A stretch of DNA of 64,000 nt from Nitrospirota bacterium (GCA_963699545.1 CAVOUE010000004.1:64001-128000), one strand, 5' to 3'. Positions 19,401 through 28,342 are shown, numbered from the stretch's first letter. The notes: a model not told the origin generated them from the letters alone. Translations and numbers: made by a program.

Positions 19401-21578
19401 TCAGTTCCCTCTCTCCTGCCTGTCCCCGAGGCTCAGATAGGTGAAATACGTCAGCAATACGCGCTTCACATACGTCTTCGTCTCATCATAGGGTATATCC
19501 TCAATGAATTCATCGTGTGACCTGTACTTTCCTTCCTTTACCCATTCTCTCACCCTGTCGTGTCCGGCGTTGTAAGCGGCAAGGGCTAGGGGCAACGAGC
19601 CGAATTCCTTCAGGAGGGAGTTGAGGTAATACGCACCCACGGTGATATTTGTTCTGACATTGTAGATATCTGAAGCATCGTCGATATCCATTTTAAGATG
19701 TTTGTTGAGACTGTCAGCGGTGTGCGGCATTATCTGCATGAGGCCAAGGGCCCCGGCGATCGAACGGGCGTTGGGGTCGAAGCGGCTTTCTTCCCTCATC
19801 ACGGCAAGAAGGATAAAGGGATCAAGGGTATAGAGGTCGGATATTTCGCTCACTGTCTGCCAGTATGCGAGAGGGTAGAGGATGTCCGCGGTGTCTGTGC
19901 CGTTACTCCATTTCAATCCTCTTTCGTCAGAGAACCGTGATACCATGGTCATGGACCGTTTGTACGCTCCTGCTGCCTGCATCATACGGCACAGGAATAT
20001 GAGGACGTCAGGCTTTGTGACCCTGTTCGACATGCGAACCAGCTCGCCAACGGCATCATCTTTCATCCCCAGCTCCATCAGGATGGTGAAGCGCTCATAG
20101 AGGGGAAGGACGTCCGGGGAAAGCTGCTGCGGCTCTAAGCCCCGCCGGCCGTCATCAGGAGATAGACGGGCGGAACGTGTCCATGATGCCCTGCTCGCAG
20201 GGCGACCGCTGAAATTGTCCATATCCCTGACATATGCCAGCATCCGGTAAAAATCCTTACTGAGACCCTTGCCGTCCGGAAGCGTGGCGGCCTTGTCACC
20301 CTGGGGGCGCGGGCGTGTATCTTCCCCGCGATCTTCCGGACTGCCAGAAAGGCTTTCCTGATCACCGGACCGCTGCTTCCAGTAGGAATACCGGGAATTG
20401 GGATATTGGTCGACCAGCGTTGCCAGTATCCCGGCCGCTTTCCTGTAGTCACCGGTCCGATACGAGGACCAGGCAATGCCCCAGAGAACATCTTCAGTGA
20501 GCGAGGGGTATCTCTTTTTCACATCCTGGTAAATATCCAAGGCTTCTTCTGTCTTGCCGTCCCTCCGCTTCTTTGCCGCGTAGGCGATGAGAAGGGATCC
20601 GGCGCGCTTATCTTCCATCGACACAAGCCGTGAGACCGTTTCTCTGAATGCGCCGAGATCTCCTGCCCTGTAAAGAGAGCGAGATCCGTTGTAGAGGTCC
20701 CCGGCCTTTAAGAAAGCCTCAGCGGCCTCCTTGTATTTCTTCTGCCTGAAAAGGGCCTGAGCCAGATTCTTCAGTACCTCTTCCCTGAAAGGCTCCCCGG
20801 CTGCCGGGAGGATCTTTCTCAAAACCGCTTCCGCCCTCTTATGTTCGAAGGCCTTCATCAGATTTGATGCCTTAGCAAGCATGTCCCCCGGCGTTACGTC
20901 AGAGGGCTCCAACTCCTGATAGGCCAACTCTGAAAATGCTGAGTTGCCGGTATATATCTTAACGAACAATTTCCTTGCCCTGTCCGTCTGTCCCAGTTTC
21001 TTCAGCAACCGTGCATAGGAGAAGGTCATCTCGGCGTCATCGGCATAATCCCCGACATATGCCTCCAGGTACTTAAGCGTCTCCTCACTTTTCTGAGGCG
21101 GGAGAGGGGTCAGGGATCCGTTTCCAGGGGACTTCTGATTCTGCCGGGCTGCGTCCCTGGTGAGAAGGATAGTATCGATCTGTAATGCCCTCGCTCTTCT
21201 CTTAAGCGGTGAATCCGGATACGTTTTCAAAAGCTCTGCGATGCAACGGGAGGATTCGTCAAAGCGCTCCATTCTGTTGTATGCCTGTGCCATAAAGAAG
21301 AGGGTATAGTCACCGATGACCGGGAGTCGGGCATAGGCGGTCCGGAGGCTCTCAACCGCCTCATCATACGTTCCTTTTTCCAGTAATTCCTTTCCCTTCC
21401 TGAGGGCCGAGACGGAATCAGTCGAACTTGTGCTCCGAACGCCCGCCGGGGCGGGGGAGGGGGAAAAAAGGACGCAGATAAAAAGCGCGAAGAAAAAACA
21501 CAAAAAGGGAAGCAGGAAAGATGCCTTTTTGAACGGGTATTCTCTTGTGCGACGGTGGTATCTATATCTTTTCATGTG
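19401..21578 (-). CDS. TPR-containing soluble lytic transglycosylase (Slt-like); start approximate
   Basis: AVMREESRF, GALGLMQIMP, ALAAYNAG and IPYDETK.YVK motifs; helical repeats in the N-terminal part. Confidence 0.92.
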   Translation of the reverse strand, partial: HMKRYRYHRRTREYPFKKASFLLPFLCFFFALFICVLFSPSPAPAGVRSTSSTDSVSALRKGKELLEKGTYDEAVESLRTAYARLPVIGDYTLFFMAQAYNRMERFDESSRCIAELLKTYPDSPLKRRARALQIDTILLTRDAARQNQKSPGNGSLTPLPPQKSEETLKYLEAYVGDYADDAEMTFSYARLLKKLGQTDRARKLFVKIYTGNSAFSELAYQELEPSDVTPGDMLAKASNLMKAFEHKRAEAVLRKILPAAGEPFREEVLKNLAQALFRQKKYKEAAEAFLKAGDLYNGSRSLYRAGDLGAFRETVSRLVSMEDKRAGSLLIAYAAKKRRDGKTEEALDIYQDVKKRYPSLTEDVLWGIAWSSYRTGDYRKAAGILATLVDQYPNSRYSYWKQRSGDQESLSGSPEDRGEDTRPRPQGDKAATLPDGKGLSKDFYRMLAYVRDMDNFSGRPASRASWTRSARLSPDDGRRGLEPQQLSPDVLPLYERFTILMELGMKDDAVGELVRMSNRVTKPDVLIFLCRMMQAAGAYKRSMTMVSRFSDERGLKWSNGTDTADILYPLAYWQTVSEISDLYTLDPFILLAVMREESRFDPNARSIAGALGLMQIMPHTADSLNKHLKMDIDDASDIYNVRTNITVGAYYLNSLLKEFGSLPLALAAYNAGHDRVREWVKEGKYRSHDEFIEDIPYDETKTYVKRVLLTYFTYLSLGDRQERGN

Positions 21579-21721
21579 CATCCGCTGAAAAAAAATCATT
21601 CAGAAGTCGTTTCCATTATATCAGTTACCCGTGCCGGATTCAACAGAAATAGGCACTTTGCTTATCAAGATCGTCAAGGAGGAGATTTGACGGTTCCCCT
21701 CCATACAATTTATAATCCACC

Positions 21722-22480
21722 ATGGACCGCGCCGTAAGGAGAAGGATCCGCAAGCATATTGACGCTTCTTTCGAGGACATGGAGGATCTTGTCGCCATCG
21801 AGAAAAAAGTGAGGATATCCGTGAATGGCAGAGAGATCGTCGGTCTTTTTTGCACGCCGCACATGGTAAAGGAACTCGTGGTTGGTCTTTTAATGACCGA
21901 GGGGATCATCAGGGGAAACTGGTGTGCCGACAGGATGAGCATTCTGTTCGGCGAGGAGGTCCTCGTGGACGTCCCTGCGGAAGGAGAGGTTATTACCGAA
22001 GGGAAGACCATTACCTCGGGGTGTGCGGGCGGCGTCACCTTCGAGAAGAAGATCGATGCGGGAACGATAACGGACCCTTTCACCATCGACAGGAACAGTT
22101 TGAGGTACATTTTTAGCGATTTCCAGGCGCGGTCGGAACTCTATAAGCTGACGGGTTGCGTCCACAGTGCGGCGCTTTCTGACGGGAAGGTTATCCTCTG
22201 TTTCGCCGAGGACATTGGAAGGCACAATGCAGTGGATAAGGTCATCGGTTACGCGCTCCTCGAAAATATTCCTTTTTCGGGAAAGATCCTGCTGGCCAGC
22301 GGGAGGATATCCTCAGAGATATCCTCCAAGTGTTCCCGGTGGGGCATCCCCATCCTCGCGACGCGCACGGCACCCACCAATCTCGCCGTGGAGATCGCGG
22401 AGAAGAGAGGCGTCACCGTCGTCGGGTTCGTGAGGGGCAACCGGTTCAATGTATATACACACCCGGAAAGGATAACGTAG
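21722..22480 (+). CDS. fdhD: Formate dehydrogenase accessory sulfurtransferase
   Basis: TSGC, TGCVHSAAL, EDIGRHNAVDKVIG, SGRISSE, GFVRG..FNVYT. Confidence 0.96.
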   Translation: MDRAVRRRIRKHIDASFEDMEDLVAIEKKVRISVNGREIVGLFCTPHMVKELVVGLLMTEGIIRGNWCADRMSILFGEEVLVDVPAEGEVITEGKTITSGCAGGVTFEKKIDAGTITDPFTIDRNSLRYIFSDFQARSELYKLTGCVHSAALSDGKVILCFAEDIGRHNAVDKVIGYALLENIPFSGKILLASGRISSEISSKCSRWGIPILATRTAPTNLAVEIAEKRGVTVVGFVRGNRFNVYTHPERIT

Positions 22481-22582
22481 AGAAGATCACCAGTCTGTCC
22501 TCCTATTTCGACAACTCGATCCCTTCTTATCTTAGCTTATTCCGTTCTTCAAAGAACCTCTGCAAATTTCGGGCAGATGAGT

Positions 22583-22606
22583 TATAATGATCATAGCGAC
22601 CATTAT
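22583..22606 (+). promoter_or_regulatory. -10 box with overlapping operator palindrome of the Phd-PIN module
   Basis: TATAAT overlapped by ATAATGATC-N5-GACCATTAT. Confidence 0.6.
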
Positions 22607-22641
22607 GATTGATATGGTAGAGACTTTAAGGAGGTTTCAGT

Positions 22642-22929
22642 ATGTTGAAAAAGATATCCGCGATAAAAGTCAGACAGAACCTCGGGCAGGTGATGAACGA
22701 GGTTGCTCTCAAGGAGGACGAGTATATTGTTGAAAGGGCCGGCAAACCCTTAGTGGCGATAATACCGATTGACCAGTATCAGCGCCTGAGGGGCGAGAGG
22801 GAAGATTTTTTTAGAATGGTGGGTGAAATACAGCAGGAGGCTGTTCGGTCAGACAGAAAGATTGTTGACTCGGAGATCGAAGAGGCGGTTAAGGCCTATC
22901 GGAAGTCCAAGAGCAAGACGAGGAAATGA
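22642..22929 (+). CDS. Phd/YefM family antitoxin
   Basis: ISA..VRQNLG..MNEV and IVER.GKP.VAII. Confidence 0.9.
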   Translation: MLKKISAIKVRQNLGQVMNEVALKEDEYIVERAGKPLVAIIPIDQYQRLRGEREDFFRMVGEIQQEAVRSDRKIVDSEIEEAVKAYRKSKSKTRK

Positions 22930-23354
22930 CAAGAGTCGTCATCGACGCCAACCAGTTCGTAAGCGCCCTGCTCAAACCTGAATCCAACCCCGCCGATGTT
23001 CTTGCACTTGCGCGCCAGGGTAAGATTCAGCTGGTCATATCGCCTGAAATTGTTGATGAGATGAGGGCGGTGCTCCTCTACCCCAAAATCATGAAGCGCC
23101 ATCGCAGGACTTCAGCGCAGATCGAACTCTTTCTGAAGAGATTGCTGAAGACCGCGGCTGTCACTCATAGCGGGCCGAGGCTCGATGTTGTCAAGGACGA
23201 CCCTTCAGACAACAAATATCTGGAATGTGCTGTGGTGGGCAGGGCGGATTTCATTGTCTCAGGGGACAGTCACCTCACTGACCTGGGGACCTTCCGTGGC
23301 ATAAAGATAGTGACCCCGGCGCGTTTCCTGAGAACCATTAAAGAAATAAAGTAG
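22926..23354 (+). CDS. PIN-domain toxin
   Basis: RVVIDAN..VSAL, DDPSDNKYLECA, DFIVSGD.HL; ATGA overlap with the antitoxin. Confidence 0.92.
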   Translation: MTRVVIDANQFVSALLKPESNPADVLALARQGKIQLVISPEIVDEMRAVLLYPKIMKRHRRTSAQIELFLKRLLKTAAVTHSGPRLDVVKDDPSDNKYLECAVVGRADFIVSGDSHLTDLGTFRGIKIVTPARFLRTIKEIK

Positions 23355-23374
23355 CCTGTCCCCTTTTCAGTTCT

Positions 23375-23556
23375 TCCTGGCCACGTGCACGGCGCCCACC
23401 AATCTCGCCGTGGAGATCGCGGAGAAGAGAGGCGTCACCGTCGTCGGGTTCGTGAGGGGCAATCGGTTCAATGTGTATACACGTCCGGAGAGGATCGTTT
23501 AGGAGTCAAGGGCAGGACTTTTTAAGCCGCAGAGGAATCTACCTGATAACTCGCAC
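23375..23556 (+). repeat. fdhD 3'-end copy R1 (128 bp coding plus ~54 bp tail)
   Basis: Aligns to 22353-22480 with mostly synonymous changes, followed by tail GAGTCAAGGGCAGGACT...ACCTGATAACTCGCAC. Confidence 0.97.
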
Positions 23557-23670
23557 GGCAGCTATCTCTCTAAATGTTTCTATGTCCGATAGTAATGCTG
23601 AGAGTCCGCAAAGGTATTCAGTCGAATCAAGGGCATTGCTTCTTTCCACCACACAAAGCATAATAAGAGC

Positions 23671-24033
23671 ATGAAAGTGGTGGAAAAAGATAAGGTCATA
23701 AGTGGGATGCTTCGCGATGAACTCAAGCGTTGTCAGGAGATGTTTGACAGACTTGAGAAGTCCGTATCTAAACTTCCGAAAGGTGTGATAAGCGAGAGGA
23801 AAAAGCGCTACAAGGATAAGGTGTATTCTTACTATTACCTGAAGTATCGTGAAGGGGAGAAAGTTATCGGCAAGCATATACCTAATAAGGAGATGCAGGA
23901 GATTTTAGAAAAGCTTGCCATGAGGAAAAAATATGAGAAGGAAATGCAGTCCTACGAAAAGAAAATTGCCTATCTGAATAAGATACTGCAAGCAGGCAGA
24001 AGAAGGGGACATGGAAGTATCGCTCACGAATAA
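23671..24033 (+). CDS. Basic coiled-coil hypothetical protein, partner of the downstream nucleotidyltransferase
   Basis: LPKG.I...YYYLKYREG.KV..KHI pattern; overlaps the next gene; own promoter. Confidence 0.75.
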   Translation: MKVVEKDKVISGMLRDELKRCQEMFDRLEKSVSKLPKGVISERKKRYKDKVYSYYYLKYREGEKVIGKHIPNKEMQEILEKLAMRKKYEKEMQSYEKKIAYLNKILQAGRRRGHGSIAHE

Positions 24034-24694
24034 GAACATTTTCCCGTCAGAAGTCCGAGAACTTTTGAGCGCATTTTCTTTGGTAGGATTCTTCAATGAA
24101 TCCCTTCTGATTGGAAGCTGGGTGATGCCCCTGTATCAGGAAGCTTTTGGCATCCCTTATGTCTTACGCACGCTGGACATAGATTTTGCGGTCAAATTTG
24201 CCCCCTTAGGCGGAGCAAAGAAAGTTGACCTCGAAAAGGTCATCACTGATCTCGGCTATATTCCTGTTGTCATGCAGTCAGGCATCCGTCGGTTTACTCA
24301 CGAAAATTTCACTGTTGAGTTCGTTGCACATCGTAAAGGTGGGCGGGATGAGCAGGTTGTACCAGTAAGAAAATGGAACATCACGGCATCACCCCTTCCT
24401 TTTGTTGATCTTCTCCTCAGCTTCCCGTTCACAGCAGATTTTGGAAACTTCAAGGTAAGGGCGCCACTACCTGAAGCCTTCTTCGTCCATAAATTGATTA
24501 CGGCCCAGAGAAGGCTGGGCGAGAGCAAGAAAGATAAGGACCTTGAGCAATGTGCCGCCATTGCCCGGCAGCTCGATACCGATCGGTTGGATTCGGTTAT
24601 AAGGTCACTGACGCTCAGTACGAAGACACGGAAAGCGCTGAGATCTTCATGCGAGGTAATCGATTTTCCTCCACAAAGGTTGGGGTTTAAGTAA
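24011..24694 (+). CDS. Nucleotidyltransferase-fold protein (GSU2403-like; putative TA component)
   Basis: LIGSW, RTLDIDF, P.PEAF.VHKLI.AQRR...KK.KD..Q. Confidence 0.8.
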   Translation: MEVSLTNKNIFPSEVRELLSAFSLVGFFNESLLIGSWVMPLYQEAFGIPYVLRTLDIDFAVKFAPLGGAKKVDLEKVITDLGYIPVVMQSGIRRFTHENFTVEFVAHRKGGRDEQVVPVRKWNITASPLPFVDLLLSFPFTADFGNFKVRAPLPEAFFVHKLITAQRRLGESKKDKDLEQCAAIARQLDTDRLDSVIRSLTLSTKTRKALRSSCEVIDFPPQRLGFK

Positions 24695-24809
24695 ATATGT
24701 GGTGGAAATGATGACAGCAAAATTGTTCTCTGCGCGCGAAAAGAAGGATATAACAAAGAGCTGTCAATCCTTGGGATGTGTTTAATAACGGGATGTGTCC
24801 TAATATTTT
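24589..24809 (+). repeat. Copy A of ~220 bp direct repeat (nucleotidyltransferase 3' end plus downstream)
   Basis: About 8 differences from 26892-27113 by manual alignment. Confidence 0.97.
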
Positions 24810-24813
24810 CACG

Positions 24814-24908
24814 ACCGGTTCAATGTGTATACACACCCGGAGAGGATCGTTTAGGAGTCAAGGGCAGGACTCTTCAAGCCGCAGAGGACCCCACCTGATA
24901 ACTGAGAC
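24814..24908 (+). repeat. fdhD 3'-end copy R2 (41 bp coding plus tail)
   Basis: ACCGGTTCAATGTGTATACACACCCGGAGAGGATCGTTTAG followed by the shared tail. Confidence 0.97.
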
Positions 24909-25065
24909 CCCGGTTATTTCAGCCAGACCGTTGATTTCTGAGAATAACTGTTATGGGAGAGGAGTCGCTTTGCTTCCCAATACCTTTCTGAAAATCGTAC
25001 GGGAGGCGACCATGCCAGCCTCGAACGATCTTGCCCTGCATCGTCCGTTGTTCTTTTTTGCTGCC

Positions 25066-25095
25066 TTGACTAATGGTAACACTTATGTTACTATT
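25066..25095 (+). promoter_or_regulatory. Sigma70 promoter with operator palindrome; leaderless start
   Basis: TTGACT-17-TACTAT; inverted repeat AATGGTAACA/TGTTACTATT; ATG at 25101. Confidence 0.75.
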
Positions 25096-25100
25096 CTGAA

Positions 25101-25427
25101 ATGGAGAAAATAAAAGTAGTCGAGTATTTAGAAGATGGAGTGTCTGTTTTTGGAAAGTGGTTCTCCGGTCTTGATGCGCAGTCGGCCGCTAAGGCGGCCA
25201 CAGCTTTGTACCGACTTGAGCAAGGCAATCTCTCTAACGTGAAATCGGTAGGGCAGGGAGTTTCGGAATACAAGATTGATTTTGGGCCGGGATTCAGGAT
25301 TTATTTTGGTCGTGAGGGCAATACATTGGTTGTCCTGCTTGGAGGAGGCTCTAAGAAGACACAGAGCAGGGACATAAGAAACGCCCAAACAATGTGGGCG
25401 CGATACAAGAAGGAAAAGAGAAAGTAA
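25101..25427 (+). CDS. RelE/ParE-superfamily addiction module killer protein
   Basis: RLEQGNLSNVKSVG.GV.E.KIDFGPG.RIYFG and LLGGG.KKTQ..DI. Confidence 0.92.
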   Translation: MEKIKVVEYLEDGVSVFGKWFSGLDAQSAAKAATALYRLEQGNLSNVKSVGQGVSEYKIDFGPGFRIYFGREGNTLVVLLGGGSKKTQSRDIRNAQTMWARYKKEKRK

Positions 25428-25436
25428 GGAGGTACT

Positions 25437-25760
25437 ATGCCGATTACGAAACAGTTTCGCAAAACAGTTTTGAAGCGTGCCGAAAATGATGCGGAATTCC
25501 GCAGACATTTGCTGACAGAGGCGGTTAGTGAACTGATCACGGGAGATCTTAATGCTGGCAAATCAATTCTCCGTGATTATATTAATGCGACGATCACATT
25601 TGAGGGGTTAGCCAAGAAACTCAACAAATCGAGCAAGAGCGTTCATCGTATGCTTGGATCTGCGGGTAACCCGAGAGCTGAGAATATTCTGGATATCATC
25701 AAGATGCTTCAAGCGCATGAGCATGTCACACTTCAGGTAAGGGCAAAACGGGCCGCCTGA
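25437..25760 (+). CDS. Addiction module antidote, HTH protein
   Basis: LRDYINATI.F..LA and HRML...GNP...N; downstream of the killer gene. Confidence 0.88.
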   Translation: MPITKQFRKTVLKRAENDAEFRRHLLTEAVSELITGDLNAGKSILRDYINATITFEGLAKKLNKSSKSVHRMLGSAGNPRAENILDIIKMLQAHEHVTLQVRAKRAA

Positions 25761-25823
25761 GAGATGACTATTGAATTAATGGTAATGTTGATACTTGGTA
25801 AGAGTCCTTCCTCCTCGTCAAGT

Positions 25824-25925
25824 AGGGGCAACCGTTTCAATGTGTATACACACCCGGAGAGGATCGTTTAGGAGTCAAGGGCACGACTTTTCAAGCCGCA
25901 GAGGACTCTACCTGAAAGTCCGCAC
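25824..25925 (+). repeat. fdhD 3'-end copy R3 (48 bp coding plus tail)
   Basis: AGGGGCAACCGTTTCAATGTG...GATCGTTTAG followed by the shared tail ending ACCTGAAAGTCCGCAC. Confidence 0.97.
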
Positions 25926-26050
25926 GTTTTATTGATCTCGGCGATGAGGAATGCCGGGTGAAACCTGGTGGTCCAAAGAAAGAATGAAGGTCTGCGCCCA
26001 AATGACATCAGATGACATCTTCCGTACTGAGAACTGCCTTAAACATGTCC

Positions 26051-26082
26051 TTGACAGCATGTGTATATTGTGATAATATACA
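26051..26082 (+). promoter_or_regulatory. Sigma70 promoter with operator palindrome; leaderless start
   Basis: TTGACA-17-TAATAT; inverted repeat TGTATATT-N5-AATATACA; ATG at 26086. Confidence 0.78.
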
Positions 26083-26085
26083 GCA

Positions 26086-26352
26086 ATGATAGATCGGCAG
26101 CGCATCGAAGGCTTTGAATGGGATCAGGGCAATGCACGAAAGAATGAGAAGCACGGTGTTACGCAGGCAGAAGCGGAGCAGATATTTGTCAATCAACCGT
26201 TGCTGTTATTGCCCGACGAGGAACATAGCCATAGGGAGCTGCGATTTCATGCCTTGGGCAAGACAAATGAGGGACGCCTTATACACATCTCTTTCACTTT
26301 AAGGGACAATGGGACACGAATAAGAATAATTTCAGCGCGAGCTATGCATTGA
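26086..26352 (+). CDS. brnT: BrnT family toxin, probably truncated by a premature TGA
   Basis: FEWD..N..KN.KHGV...EAE..F and RIRIISAR; KERSIY continues in frame after the TGA. Confidence 0.88.
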   Translation: MIDRQRIEGFEWDQGNARKNEKHGVTQAEAEQIFVNQPLLLLPDEEHSHRELRFHALGKTNEGRLIHISFTLRDNGTRIRIISARAMH

Positions 26353-26368
26353 AAAGAAAGGAGTATTT

Positions 26369-26641
26369 ATGGGCAGGAGACATCTTAAATCAATACCGAA
26401 ATTCAAGTCTGAAGCTGAAGAGCGGAAGTTTTGGGAAACTCATGACTCAACAGATTACCTGGACTGGTCGAAGGCAGAGCATGTGGGATTTCCGAATCTG
26501 AAGTTGTCCACTCAAGCAATATCTATCAGATTGCCAATTTCGCTGCTGGAACAGATAAAAATAGAGGCCAATAAACGCGATGTTCCCTATCAGTCTCTTA
26601 TCAAGGTCTGGTTGACGGAGAAGGCGCATCACAAAGCATAG
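26369..26641 (+). CDS. brnA: BrnA/CopG-like antitoxin
   Basis: PKFKSEAEERKFWETHDSTDY, ISIRLP, A.KRDVPYQSLIK. Confidence 0.88.
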   Translation: MGRRHLKSIPKFKSEAEERKFWETHDSTDYLDWSKAEHVGFPNLKLSTQAISIRLPISLLEQIKIEANKRDVPYQSLIKVWLTEKAHHKA

Positions 26642-26891
26642 GATTCCTGTTTGCGGCTTGCTTGAGACAAAGAAGAGGACAGGCGGCTGTCCCTTTTGTC
26701 CCTTTTCTCTGCCGGGGATCGGAGAAGTCGTTTCACTTGAGAACAAATACTATAGACGCATTGAAATTATTGGGGAATACTGGTAGAACTATAGTTGTCG
26801 AAGACGGGAATTAGGTATCAGATCGTCAGGAAAGGTTGGAGCGGAAAGAGGCTCAGATGGAAAAACGGGATGTGTCCCCAATATTTTATCA

Positions 26892-27113
26892 GGATTCGGT
26901 TATAAAGTCACTGACGCTCAGTACGAAGACACGGAAAGCGCTGAGATCTTCATGCGAGGTAATCGATTTTCCTCCACAAAGATTAGGGTTGAAGTAACTA
27001 TGTGGTGGAAATGATGAAAGCAAAATTGTTCTCTGCGCGCGAAAAGAAGGATCTAACAAAGAGCTGTCAATCCTTGGGATGTGTTTAATAACGGGATGTG
27101 TCCCTAATATTTT
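26892..27113 (+). repeat. Copy B: orphan 3' end of the nucleotidyltransferase gene plus downstream
   Basis: Direct repeat of 24589-24809. Confidence 0.97.
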
Positions 27114-27199
27114 ATGTGTACACACACCCGGAGAGGATCGTTTAGGAGTCAAGGGCAGGACTTTTCAAGCCGCAGAGGACTCCACCTGATACTCGACAC
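27114..27199 (+). repeat. fdhD 3'-end copy R4 (32 bp coding plus tail)
   Basis: ATGTGTACACACACCCGGAGAGGATCGTTTAG followed by the shared tail. Confidence 0.97.
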
Positions 27200-27430
27200 C
27201 ACAGACAATCTCGCCAAGAGTGTTGAGTTCCAAAAAAAACTGTTACATTCAAGGTCCTCTATTCCCCCCACGCTAAGATTAAAGACCTGACCCTCTCTCC
27301 TCTCTCTCAATAGACGGGCGTCCTACCTGTCGGTAGAGTAGAGAAGTGGAAATGTTGACAGAATGAGGGCCGTTGCCGTTCCCTTTCCGAACAACACTTG
27401 GCTTGTCATTGCAGAAATTAAAGGACTCTT

Positions 27431-28342
27431 TCAGGGGTTGACCTCCAGCAATAGTTTCAGTTGCTCAAGTATTCCCGCTGCGATAAGACTGCCTGCGGTA
27501 CCCTCTAGAATGCTCCTGATGGTATGTAGGCTCTCCATGATAATCTTCGTCTTAGGTTTCGGAGAGTTCGCCTGCGTTTCAGCCGTGGCAATCTCAGCAG
27601 AGAGTTCGTTTCTTATCTCAGGGGCCAGGTTCAGGCCGGCGACCGTCCTTTTTATCTCCTTCAAAACCGACAAGACCTTCGCCACGTCGAGCTCGTTGAC
27701 GGTCATCGTCTGCGAGGAATTCCGAGTGCCTTGCTGAAGCTGAGAATGCATCATGCTCCCTATGTAGGTCTGTATATGGTAAACATTTGACGCCGCAACA
27801 CGTTGTTCTTCCTTCGTGAAGGTCAAGTCTTCTCCAAGGATGCCATCTTGTTCCAACTTCAATGCCCATTTCAGAACCGCATTTCGTACGGCATCAATTA
27901 TCTTGGCAAGATCTGTAACGCTGATTTGAAGCACTGGCTGTACAGAAGCCCCACCCATTGCAGACCTCAGCGACTCCTCCATCTTCTTCTCAAATTCAGT
28001 CCAGATGACGGTCTCTGCATTTGCTTCTTTTTGTAGGCTGGCTATCTCCGAGATCGGCTGGTTAAAATTCATCGTGGATATTTTCTCAGCTTTTCCCGGG
28101 TCAGGAATCCTCACGGGTACGAGACCCTGAACTCGGTCCAGACACTTCAGAGAGCCTATGACCTTGCGATAGTGAGGTATTTTGTTGTCTTTTTTGTATC
28201 CGTTCAACTCAAGTTCGATCCATTCTTGAAACTCCTGTACCCCGATCTTCGTCGCAACGGCGAGCGCCTTTCGGAGAAGATCTGTAACCGGCACCGTCGA
28301 ATCTATCGCTTCTTTCTGTAGCTCCAGAACCAATGAAGACAT
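27431..28342 (-). CDS. AbiTii-domain protein, copy 1
   Basis: SLVLELQ.E..D......DLLRKAL.VA.K.G..EF..W...EL.GY and P.YR. Confidence 0.85.
   Translation of the reverse strand: MSSLVLELQKEAIDSTVPVTDLLRKALAVATKIGVQEFQEWIELELNGYKKDNKIPHYRKVIGSLKCLDRVQGLVPVRIPDPGKAEKISTMNFNQPISEIASLQKEANAETVIWTEFEKKMEESLRSAMGGASVQPVLQISVTDLAKIIDAVRNAVLKWALKLEQDGILGEDLTFTKEEQRVAASNVYHIQTYIGSMMHSQLQQGTRNSSQTMTVNELDVAKVLSVLKEIKRTVAGLNLAPEIRNELSAEIATAETQANSPKPKTKIIMESLHTIRSILEGTAGSLIAAGILEQLKLLLEVNP

Noticed and set aside
23471-25113. Short paralogous ORFs beginning MCIH (23471-23674 and within 24778-25113)
   Set aside because: These are off-frame translations of the fdhD-end repeats, not genes.
23375-27199. CRISPR array or integron attC array interpretation of R1-R4
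   Set aside because: The repeats are fdhD coding sequence plus a tail, vary in length and are spaced by more than 1 kb of genes. No RYYYAAC/GTTRRRY-bounded hairpin, intI or cas gene was seen.
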